DNA of 64,000 bases from an uncultured virus (IMG/VR IMGVR_UViG_3300013728_000001) (lineage: Duplodnaviria > Heunggongvirae > Uroviricota > Caudoviricetes): IMG/VR virus record IMGVR_UViG_3300013728_000001; one strand, 5' to 3'. Positions 39,725 through 49,800 of the stretch are shown here, piece after piece. The translations under genes were made by a program, and so were the position numbers. Below the pieces are notes generated by a model that had not been told where the DNA came from, ran no database searches, and saw only the letters and a list, made by a program, of their open reading frames with translations. Position 1 is the first letter of the stretch; each line of letters opens with the position of its first letter.

Positions 39725-41014
39725 TTAACGACGTCTGGTATTTGGGTTTTTGAGGTTTTCAATATCGCCATTGGTTTTTGACCAGGCAATGCACCAGCTG
39801 TTAACAGCAGCGCGGATCTCGTCTACCGTGGCCTCGCTTAGCCCTTTGACCTTCACCAGTTCCGGCGGTAGCTCACCGCCCACAGCCGCCACCGTGTCAT
39901 AACCGGCTTTTACCAGCGCGTTAAGCGCACGCGCAGGGATAGCCAGCTCGGAGACCGGCGCGGCCTTACCGTCCATGATGCGCTTGTGGAGTCGCGGGAA
40001 GTCCAGCGCCAGGCGGGTCATGATGCGCTCGTGCAGTTCGTCGTTGATGGCCGTGTCCCACATAGGGAGTAAATCAGGCAGGATGCGGAACACCGGATTG
40101 CCCCATATACCCGGCACCACGTCCATTGCCAGCATCATCGCCGTGCGGATCTGGTAGTGGAAATTTGCCGTCTCAATGGACACGTCACGGATGCCGTGAA
40201 ATACGCTGAGCCCGAAGTGGAAGTTATAGATATAGCAGCCCACGTCACCGCTGCCATCCGGCAGCTGCAGCAGGAATTGCGCCACATCTTCCTGCCCGTC
40301 GTGAAACTCCACGCGCTCTTTCAAATGATTGTGCGAGGCAGTGAGTTTAATGAGATCGTTGGCCGTCTCACCGCGCAGGCGACGTTCTTTACCCACTTCT
40401 TTATCTGCAATATTCAGCTTCTGCTGCAGTTCCTGTATCAGTGCGCTTTGCTTTTTGCGGTCGGCGCGGTGCTGAGATATGGTTTTGTCGCGCTCCTGCA
40501 GATCTGCCGCCAGGCGTTCAGGATTCTTGCGGCGGTAGTGCGCAAATTCCTGATTCAGAGTGGTCAGCGCCAGCTGCGCGGTAACCAGCGCATCTGAGTT
40601 GCGATCACGGGCGTTTTCAGCATTGATAGCGCGATTTTCGGCCTCACCTTCACGAATACGGGCTTCCTGAATGGCTTCATCAGCGGCGTTCTTCGCCTCA
40701 AGGCGAATCTGAGCTATCTCTGCGGCCAGCACGGAATGGCCGTCCAGCTCCTGCTGTACGTGCTCCAGCGCATCTGCCAGCACGTTATAGGTATCAGCTT
40801 CGTGGTTAAGGCGCAGGTTGATATCAATCTGCACCTGCTCCAGCGCAGACAGGCAGTTGTCCAGCAGGCGCTTTTCTAGATCGTCGAGTTTCAGGCGCTT
40901 GCGCATAGAACTCAGCTGGCCATAGGCCGTTACAAACGTCTGGTGCAGTACTTCATCGTCAACGGGGCATTCAGGGAGTTGCTGCAGCTGCTTGAGCACA
41001 TTTTGAGAAGTCAT
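39725..41014 (-). CDS. Coiled-coil protein with C-terminal RNAP alpha-CTD-like (HhH) domain
   Basis: L.IPARALNALVKAGY.TV......EL.KVKGLS...VDEI. Confidence 0.7.
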   Translation of the reverse strand: MTSQNVLKQLQQLPECPVDDEVLHQTFVTAYGQLSSMRKRLKLDDLEKRLLDNCLSALEQVQIDINLRLNHEADTYNVLADALEHVQQELDGHSVLAAEIAQIRLEAKNAADEAIQEARIREGEAENRAINAENARDRNSDALVTAQLALTTLNQEFAHYRRKNPERLAADLQERDKTISQHRADRKKQSALIQELQQKLNIADKEVGKERRLRGETANDLIKLTASHNHLKERVEFHDGQEDVAQFLLQLPDGSGDVGCYIYNFHFGLSVFHGIRDVSIETANFHYQIRTAMMLAMDVVPGIWGNPVFRILPDLLPMWDTAINDELHERIMTRLALDFPRLHKRIMDGKAAPVSELAIPARALNALVKAGYDTVAAVGGELPPELVKVKGLSEATVDEIRAAVNSWCIAWSKTNGDIENLKNPNTRRR

Positions 41015-41158
41015 GGTTGGTTTCAGATCCGCTGTAAATTTGCGGCTGATTCTAACGTGAAATTAACCACTGTCTATAAAATGTTTTAGAATTGCGTGTG
41101 AATTTCTGGGGGGAGTTAAGGAAAGAGGCAGGGGGAGATCTCCTGCCTGGTATAAAAT

Positions 41159-41458
41159 TTAGCCTGCGAGGAGAAACGCGCAGTAAAGCGCAGTGGCTGC
41201 AACAGTCAGCCAGAACGCCTGCAGCAAAACGGACGGCGGGCGCACGCGTCCGGTTTCGTATTCCTCCTGCGTCATATGGCCCAGATAACTCATGGCCACC
41301 AGCACGGCGTTTTCGTCAAAGTCGAGCGTTGCGCGCAAATGCTCCAGTGCAGGACGCGTCACCTGGCGCGTGTTCAGGGTAACCACGCCGGATCGCATTC
41401 TTCCTGATTCGCCGGCAAAGCAGACGGAGTGATAGTGGAAACGAGACATACGACGCAT
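41159..41458 (-). CDS. Hypothetical protein with C-terminal TM helix
   Basis: Coupled ORF; SYLG.MT.EEY motif. Confidence 0.6.
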   Translation of the reverse strand: MRRMSRFHYHSVCFAGESGRMRSGVVTLNTRQVTRPALEHLRATLDFDENAVLVAMSYLGHMTQEEYETGRVRPPSVLLQAFWLTVAATALYCAFLLAG

Positions 41459-42012
41459 CAGGTCACCGTATGCCAGTCTGTCATTTCAAAGTCCGGCAGG
41501 CTCGGCTCATAAGGATGTTCGCTGCCGTCAGCCTGATAAAGCACCAGCTGTATTGCGCTCGGCCTGTGGCTGCGTGACTTTTTTCGTCCCATCAGAAAAT
41601 GCCCCGCTGGCCACTCGGTCCGCCTCACGGCAAGCTCCAGATTTTCGTGCAGGCGATTCATGGCGTCGTTGTACCCGAAAAGCGCGACAGGCTGGCTGTC
41701 TACGTCAATGGCACCGATACCAATTTTGCCTAAACCCTCAACCTGAACCGTTGTCATGCGTGCGCGTCCTTCTGTAAATGTTTTGCGTAAAATTAAACCA
41801 ATGCCCTTCACGCCGCCGTAGTAACACAGCGTGCGTTCGCTTAAACCACTGCGGGATTTAAGCTCGTCTTTCGACACTCTCAACGTTCCAGCGTCTGCTG
41901 CCATTTCGGCAAATACCGCCAGCCCAAGCTGCAGGCTTTCCCGCGTTTTTTTACGACGCGCAGCGAGCCGGAAAGCAGGGCATGGCAGAAAAAAATTTGC
42001 ATTAAACAGCAC
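41458..42012 (-). CDS. HTH-like domain fused to a DUF2829/Tad2-like domain
   Basis: S..EL..RSGLSERTL.YY HTH; F.Y.DAM....AVRR..W...YEPS..D....DW C-terminus. Confidence 0.65.
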   Translation of the reverse strand: MLFNANFFLPCPAFRLAARRKKTRESLQLGLAVFAEMAADAGTLRVSKDELKSRSGLSERTLCYYGGVKGIGLILRKTFTEGRARMTTVQVEGLGKIGIGAIDVDSQPVALFGYNDAMNRLHENLELAVRRTEWPAGHFLMGRKKSRSHRPSAIQLVLYQADGSEHPYEPSLPDFEMTDWHTVT

Positions 42013-42600
42013 TTAATTGCTCCAGAACTTTTCATTCTCATGCGCCGGCATGGCTTCGCCAGGCTCAAGCGCCACGTACTGTCTGATAATCCTGATGGTT
42101 TCTTCCGGTGAAAACGAGAGCAGGACATAAAATCCCCCGGCGCGAAGCCGGTTCATCCATGTGACCTGTGTCTCAGCAGGCATCCTTTTGCCGTGCTTTT
42201 GCTCTATCCGCATGCCGTGGTAAATGCCCGCAGCAATCTCAAGCCCCATATCCGGGTAACCGCGCTTGGCCCCTTCGGCTTCAATAGCTGCCGCAGTCGC
42301 CTTTAAACGGAATCCTCCGTTTGGTATGGCAAAAAGGTGATCGTAGATATGGCTGTCTGAACGGTGAAAATGGTCGAAGATAAAGACCTGATCGTAGTGT
42401 TCCTGCTTGCCTTTGCGCTTTTCAGGGTTTTTAACGAGAGCAGCGAGTGCTGTCGCGTGGGCGGAAAGCGCTTTAACCGGTGCTAACCAGTCTGCTGCCT
42501 TGCCTGCTTTCGCTTTTGCCGGAGCCGCTTTCTTTCCTGAGTGAGTGCCTGTCTGTGTTTTCTGCCTATAGGAGTGAAGCCAGTCTTCAGTAAAACGCAT
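42013..42600 (-). CDS. VRR-NUC domain nuclease
   Basis: EH..Q, FAIPNGG.R, EG...G.PD, IE.K and Q..W...L...G. Confidence 0.85.
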   Translation of the reverse strand: MRFTEDWLHSYRQKTQTGTHSGKKAAPAKAKAGKAADWLAPVKALSAHATALAALVKNPEKRKGKQEHYDQVFIFDHFHRSDSHIYDHLFAIPNGGFRLKATAAAIEAEGAKRGYPDMGLEIAAGIYHGMRIEQKHGKRMPAETQVTWMNRLRAGGFYVLLSFSPEETIRIIRQYVALEPGEAMPAHENEKFWSN

Positions 42601-42737
42601 GTCCGGAATCTTAAGCCGTAGATAGTGTTTCTAAAAGGGATTTGCGTCGGGGGGTATTCTTAACGCTTGGAAAGGAAAAAACAAGCCTGTAATTTACATC
42701 TTCATGAAGTTAGCAATTACAGGCTTTTATCAGGCTG

Positions 42738-42899
42738 TTAGTGCGCCAGGTAAACAAAGTAAAGGCTGAAAATGATACCTAAAGTTGAAAGAACGAGTGT
42801 GACAGCCTGCCTGAATACATTAGCCGCGCCTGACTCTTGAGGTGTTTTTGTCTGGTAAACGGTGGAGTTAACAAAGTCGCGCTGTGCAAAATTTTTCAT
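42738..42899 (-). CDS. Small single-TM peptide (53 aa)
   Basis: GAGA RBS; C-terminal hydrophobic helix; flanked by hairpins. Confidence 0.5.
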   Translation of the reverse strand: MKNFAQRDFVNSTVYQTKTPQESGAANVFRQAVTLVLSTLGIIFSLYFVYLAH

Positions 42900-43090
42900 G
42901 ATATATTCTCGTTGTTGTGTGCAGGGGTGCCAGTCGCCACAACTTAACCCCTGCAATTTGTTGAAGCCCGGCCATATGGCCGGGCTTTTTCGTCTGGTCT
43001 CCCCAGACTTCAAATGCAAATCTAAATGCTTGCCTTAGAAAGATCAATATAAATGTGCAGGTTTTTGTATATTTTCAGGCGTGGCAAGGC

Positions 43091-43339
43091 TTACGACGAC
43101 TCTTTCAGGCGCCTGATTGCATCATCCAGCGCTATGTACCATTCCTCTTTATTCAGCTCACGCAGCGTTTTGACGCGCAGCTGTGTAGTCGGGTTGATCA
43201 CCCACGCCCAGGTCTCAAAGTCACCTTCGGCGTAAACGTAAAACACATTTTTAGGCCGGTTAAAGTGTAAAAGTGCTCCCGCTGCGCTGACGTATTGCTC
43301 GATTTCCTCTTGCTTAATGTGCTTATTAATTCGTGGCAC
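43091..43339 (-). CDS. lxc: Lxc-like repressor modulator
   Basis: 82 aa, EEW....D.A motif; darB-ulx-lxc synteny with P1. Confidence 0.6.
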   Translation of the reverse strand: MPRINKHIKQEEIEQYVSAAGALLHFNRPKNVFYVYAEGDFETWAWVINPTTQLRVKTLRELNKEEWYIALDDAIRRLKESS

Positions 43340-43775
43340 GGCGGCTCCTAATTCTTCGTTTTTCTATGGACTCGTCATAACTGACATACAAATACGGCTC
43401 TGTATCGTCCGCTGATAACATAACGGGCAGCAGGTGGTTCGCACTGTATACCGCGTCGTTCTCCGTGCGCTCGTCAGCGTACAGGTGCGCTGCTACTACC
43501 GTCAGGGCTGGCCGGGAGAGCGAGTATATTTCGGCAACGTCGCTTTCGACTACCTGCCCGAATTGAGTAATAGCACTTTCCAGTAAAAGTAGCTTGATTG
43601 CAGGCCACCACGGGCCAAACGCGCGATACGCAAAGCGCGCGCTGCTGACGCGCTTCACAACGTTTTCCAGGTAGTATGCGACAAACGCCTCTTCAGTGCG
43701 CCCGTCCAGGGCAAGCGGCAGCAGGCTTTCAATGTAGGTCTCGGTTGGCTTAATGGTATCAATCAGTGTCGTCAT
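43326..43775 (-). CDS. ulx: Ulx-like protein (DarB incorporation)
   Basis: Immediately downstream of darB; YRAFGPWWPA.K motif; synteny. Confidence 0.7.
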   Translation of the reverse strand: MTTLIDTIKPTETYIESLLPLALDGRTEEAFVAYYLENVVKRVSSARFAYRAFGPWWPAIKLLLLESAITQFGQVVESDVAEIYSLSRPALTVVAAHLYADERTENDAVYSANHLLPVMLSADDTEPYLYVSYDESIEKRRIRSRRATN

Positions 43776-43805
43776 GTGTGACGGCCCTTTCGGGCCGCTC
43801 CTGTG

Positions 43806-46800
43806 TTATGCGTTTTCGATATCCGCGCGCAGCGCATCGAGATCGTGTGAGGAAGGGATAAGCCATGCAGGCTGTGTGAACTCGTTCCCGGCTACCGGAT
43901 CGGCTTCAAAGTTCCAGAATTTCGCGCCGTACTTCTCTTTCATCAGGTCGCGCACCGCTTTGCGCTTGAGCACCGGCTTATCGCTGGTGTCCGTCAGCAC
44001 GTAGGCGCCGCCGGCCGGGAAGTCGATTTTAAAGGTGCGGTTCTTCCACTTGCGCGAGGCCACCAGCTCCAGCTCGTTTTTCAGCACCTGGAAGCCGGAC
44101 GCCTGTTTCTGCGACTGCTCAGCCCGCACGGTGGTTGCCGCTGTGGTGGCCGCAAGGTTCGCTGACGCGCGGCGCTCCGCCAGTTCTTCAGGCGAGAGTT
44201 TGCCGGTCAACAGCGCTTTGTAGTCCGTCCACGTCGGCGCATGATCCCGATATCCGCCCTCCTCCATCTGCTCCAGGAAGGTATAAAGACCGCCCACCAG
44301 CGCCTTAACCGTCCGGGAGGACAGGAAGGTTTCAGCCGTCACTTCTGATTCGCTCAGATCGCCCAGCGCCACGCTGGCGCGCAGGAACTGTGCCGCAGGC
44401 GACTCGGTTACGTTGGCCGCGTTATCAATATCGCCCATCGCTTCGTAGCGTGTTTTATCCAGCACCGTGGCAATGGTCGCCTGGATGCTTTCCGGGGTGT
44501 ACTGGCGGAACTGCTGCAGCGCTGCAGCGGCGTACTGATCAGCCAGCGCCCTGACGGCTTTAACCTTGCTTTGCCCCATCTCGTTGCGCAGCTGGTTAAA
44601 CATCGCCTCGTACTCGTTGCTGTTGGAAAAGCCCCTCATGGCATTACGGAACTGGCGGATGCTGATGCTGTTGCTCCAGAAAAAGCTGTCCTGGCTGGTG
44701 CCTAAGAAGTAAGCCTTTGCCTCAGCGTCTGTTGCGCCGGTCACTTTGCGCCCCTGTGCGTCGCCTGCCTCAAACTCCGCTACCAGCTGGCTGAACACCT
44801 TAACGACGTCCTCCATGTCCGCCTGCTCGCCGTAGCCCTGCATTGCCGTGTTGTAGTTACCGCCAAATACGGCCTTAAAAACGGCCTGCACTGAATACAG
44901 GTTTTTGTTCAGGCTGTACTGATACAGCTCGCGCTTCAGCTGCTCGTCGCCGTGATCCGGATAGAGCCAGTCCTCCGCGTTAATGCTGTCCCGGACGGTA
45001 ATGCCCGCGTGGATATATTCATGCTTCAGCTCGCCGGCCGCGTCGCGGTACATCCAGGCGTCCGCCTTCACGTTCATCACGCCGGCGCGAATGGCGGCGT
45101 AGAAGTCCGCGCGGCTCAGCGTGTCGGCCAGCGAAACCGGATCGATACCTTTTGCCGCCTTCTGCAACGCTTTCGCCTGGTCAGTCGTGATTTCCACGCG
45201 ATCGCCAACCAGATCCGCCGGCATTTCCGCGAATCCGCCAATGTCCGGCCTGGTATAACAGCGAAGCGGCTTGTGGATCAGCTCAACCTCAACCGTGCCT
45301 TTCTCCGGGAAGAATTTGCGGATCTGGAATACGCCCTTTTCCTGCTTATCGTCATCCATCCAGATTTCATAGCACGCCCCGATGCGTACCAGCTGCCCGC
45401 CGGCCAGCTTCATGTACTGCTCTGGCGCGCGCAGCACGTCAGGATCGACTTCCAGCGCGCCGGACAGAATGGCACGCTCAACCTCACCGCGTGAGCGCTT
45501 AATAGTGCTGGCGGCGCTTTTAGAGCGCGTCAGCGCCTTGCGTGCGCCGTTCAGCTCCTGCTCCAGCTTCTTCTGCTTCGCCAGGCCTTCTTTAAGCGCG
45601 GCACGCGCGTTACGACGATCCTGACCGCGCCAGTTGTCCGCAGACCGTTTGCCGTCTCTTTCGAGCTCAATGTTATAGGCCGTTTCGGCGTCTGTGACGT
45701 CTGCACGCAGCCCGTCAATGCTGCCGTTGATTTCGTCAAAGGCGGCTGAAAGGTCAGCGATATTCGCTTCCAGTACCTCTGTCGGCGTGGCAGCGGCAAC
45801 GCTCGCTTTCAGGTAGATATCCAGCGCGGCGGCGGCTTCGCGCTCAGCCTGCTGGCGCTCTGCTTCGCGTTTAGCCTTCAGCTGTGCGTCCACGCGCGCG
45901 CGGCGTTCTTCCGGGTTTGCGGCCAGCAGCAGGCTCTGCTCCTCTTTGGATTCCACATCGCCATTCTTCATGCTGGACACGTCGGACTTCATGACGTCGT
46001 TGATCCAGTTTTTCTTACGCTGCAGCGTCTCCAGGCGGAACTCGTCAAACGAACCCTTACCGCAGTAGTAATGCACGCGCATGCTGTCGCGCTCCGAGCC
46101 CACGCGGGCGCCGCGCCCGTTGCGCTGGTCAATACTGGCCGGCGTCCAGGGCAGCGTAAGATGGTGCGTATCAGCGGTGCCTTTGTGCAGGTTGATCCCC
46201 ACCTCGGCTTTTTTGTTGCAGATGATGATCGGCGTGCGGCCTTCGTTGTAGTCGGCGGCGATCCCCTCCATTCCTGCAAGCGAGGCGTCATTCAGCGCGG
46301 CCTGATAGTCCTCATAGCGCGCCAGCTCCTGATAGTACTTATCCCACGCGCCCTCCTTAAAGCTGCCGTCCGCTTTTTCCACCGGCTCTGCGGGCTTCTT
46401 CACGGGCTTCACCTTCACGCCGGATGCTTTCGCTACCGTCGTGGCGTTGATGATGCCTATCTGCTGCTCCTGCAGGCCCAGGGCGCTTGCGATGATGCGG
46501 CGCAGTTTGTTGTGCTGCGTCTTTTCATCCATGAAGATGATCTGCTTACCGTCCGGCAGGCCAGCTTTGAGGTTTTCTATCAGCGCGGCGTACTTCGGCG
46601 GGACCGGGTGCGAGACGTGCTGCATATCAATGCCGGCGACTGCGATCGCGGCCAGCACCTGCTGCTCCAGCGTGTCGCTTACCACCAGCTCCACGACGCC
46701 CCCGCGGTTCTTCAGCGTGGTTTTGACAACCTTGCTGGTGCGCGTGTCGGTCAGGCCGCTCTCTGCGTCCTCCGCCACTTCCTCCTCGTCGCCCGCCAGC

Positions 46801-49800
46801 AGCACGCCGCCCGCTTCGCCCGGGAGCGCGCGTGCAACCTGCTTCACTTTTTCAAGATCCTCTTCACGGAAGCGGAACGTGATAGCGGAGCGATACAGAT
46901 CCGGGTCAATCACCACCTTATCCATGTCGCGGATTACGGAGAAAATGAAGTCATCATCGTTCTGCACGATGGACACGGTGCCGTCGCCGTTATCCTGCAC
47001 GCTCTCTTTCTGCCCGATGCGGCTGGCGCGCACGCGCAGCTCCTCATAGAGCGCCTGCTGATCGCGCGTCATCGGCACGCCCACGGTTTTCTCGTCCAGA
47101 CCGGGGATTTTCACGCTGTCTTTCACGTCAGCAGCAGATTTAAGCGTCGTCCAGCGGTGGAAGATACCGCGCAGGCCATCAAGGTTTTTAAAGCCCACCA
47201 GCCCCTGCTTATCCTCGAGCTCGCCGGAAATTTTCTGCACGGTTACGGTGTCGGTTTCCCCGAACACCCGCACAAAGTCATCCGGCGTCAGAATCCCCAT
47301 CGCCTTCCACTCTTCCAGCGACACAACGTGGGAGAGCATGTTGAATGCGTCGATCGGAGAGTTAACCAGCGGCGTTGCGGTCAGCATTACCACCCCGCGT
47401 CCGTTGTACTTTTTCATCATGTACTGGCTTTTTACGGCCATATCACGGGCTGTTTTGGAGACGGACGGATTCGGCAGGTAAGCCAGCTGGCCAGCTTCAC
47501 GGCCGGCGCTGTGCGAGTTGCGGTAGTTATGGCCTTCGTCTGCGATTACGCTGTCAAAGTGCATATCTTCAAAGTAGGGGATCTGGCTCTTTTTCTTCGT
47601 GCCGGTATCGGCGGCTTTATCGCGGAGTTTGTTGCGGGACGTGGCGGCGCGGTGCGTGGACTTCATCAGATCCGTGCGGCCATTCTCAATCTGATTAAAG
47701 ACTGCCTGGTTGGAGTTTTCTTCAATCGTCTCCGGGCGCATCGGGATATCGCCAAACTGCTCTTTGGTCATCACCACGGCGCGGTAGTTGGAGACCGGGA
47801 TCATGTTCATGCGCTCAAGCACGGTCGCGGCAGCGGACTCTTTTACCACGTTGCGCATGACCGGCTGGCCATCTTTGTCCAGCTTCGGCTCGTTGTTTTC
47901 GTCGCGCTCCGGCGCCTGCATGATCTGGCCATCATCGCCGCGCACTTCGTCCAGGCCAACAAACAGGATTTTCTCAAACGCCTCGGCGCTGTAGAAACCG
48001 TGGGCTTCGTGATACCAGTTCTGCAGCACGGCTTTAGGCACGACGTACACGGTACGCTTGCTGCGCCCCACCTCGTAGTTATAGGCCTCCAGCGCCAGCG
48101 CGGTTGTGGTTTTACCCAGCCCGGTACCGAATCCCATAATGCCCCGGCCATCTTCCGACAGGCGGCGCACTTCGGCGTTCTGGTAGCTCAGCGGAATGCG
48201 CTTGCCGCTGATCTGCTGCAGCTGCAGGGACGAGGACGAATGCTCAAACGGCACGTAGCCGTTAAACGCGTCGTTGTAGTCGCTGACAACCGATTCAACG
48301 TCCGGATGCGTGCGCAGCCAGTGGTTAAACTGCGCCTCCAGGCCGCTGATGCGCTTCAGGTAGACGTTGGCGTTCACGCCGCGCGGCTTCACACCGTTCA
48401 GGTAGTTTTCCAGCTGGTTGTAGAAGCCGTCTTTGTAGCTGGCGCGCTTAAATTCAGTCACCCCACCTTTGCCGGTGACAGAGCGCACCTGGTAGCCGGA
48501 AAATACGCCGTCTTTCCCCGCGTAGTTGTCCTCTGCGGTCAGGTAGCCGTTTTCGTTTTCCAGATCCTGCGTGTACTTGAAGTCATCAAAGCCCTGGTCA
48601 ATCAGGAACTCTTTAATCAGCCGGCGATCCAGCCAGCGTGCGTTAAGGTTGACCGTAATATCTTCAATCGGCGTGTGGTTGCGCTTCTCGTTGATCGTTT
48701 CCAGCTGGCGGACATAGTTAGCCTTAACCGGCCCGTCCGGCGCGTCGTTAATCAGCGCCGCCAGGCGGGACACCTTGCCGCGCACGTTGCCGGTCGTGGC
48801 GCGCGCCAGCGGCATAATGTTGCCGTTACCGTCGAGCGCAATCTCCGGGAAGGTCGCCAGGTGCGCCAGCAGCGCCTCGTCATCTTCCGGCAGTTCGCCT
48901 TTAAACGCGGCGCGGAAAGCGGCCAGCGCCACCGGTACCAGATCCACATCGCTGAAAAGGTGCGATACCACCTGCTCCGGGCTGGCAAAGTCCACCGCCA
49001 CCGCCTCGCTGCGGTCAATGGTCCCGCTCAGCAGCGCGGACAAATCCCCCTCGCGGCTGACGTTGGCCTGAAAACTCAGCCAGCCTTTGGCGCTCGCATC
49101 AGAGAGACCGGCCAGCTTCAGGCCTTTCGGCGTACCGTACTGCCCGACTTCCTCACTCACCAGGCGCGCGGCGTCAGCAATAATGCCGCTGGCGTCGCCG
49201 CCCAGCATCTGCGTATCGAGCGCGTCGTTGATGCGCAGGCCGATGATCGACGCGCGCATCACGCGCCAGCGATGCCCCGGCTTCTGCTGCATCGCAAAGC
49301 GAATGGCCGCGTGAATGCGATCGTCAAACAGCTGCGGATATTCCACGCTGGCCGCGTACAGGGCGCGGCTGTCCAGCGAGAGCATGCCGTTAATTGTGCG
49401 CGTTTTCGTCTGCAGGTCGCCAAACGTGGCGGCACCGAACCGCTCCGCGTCGAGCCCGCTCGATGCCGTGGTGGAATCCTTAATAAACCGCGTGCCGTCG
49501 TAGGTGTGCCAGACGCCGGCCATCAGCCGCTTATCACCTTCTACCGGCGACTGCCAGACGGCAGCAGGCGTACCCAGCCGATCCCAGTCAATACGGCTGT
49601 CAAAGCGGCGCGACAGCGCGGCTTTCATGGCCGCATTGGTCAGCTGGCCATCTTTTTTGACCACCAGGATGTTATTGAAGTCAGACCGCTCGGTTTCGCC
49701 GTGAACGTAGCGCCGCCCCTCGGTTTCAAACCATTTGCCGCGGATAAACGTTGGCCACAGCACGCTTGCTGCCTCAAGCGACTGTTCATCGCTGTCATGC

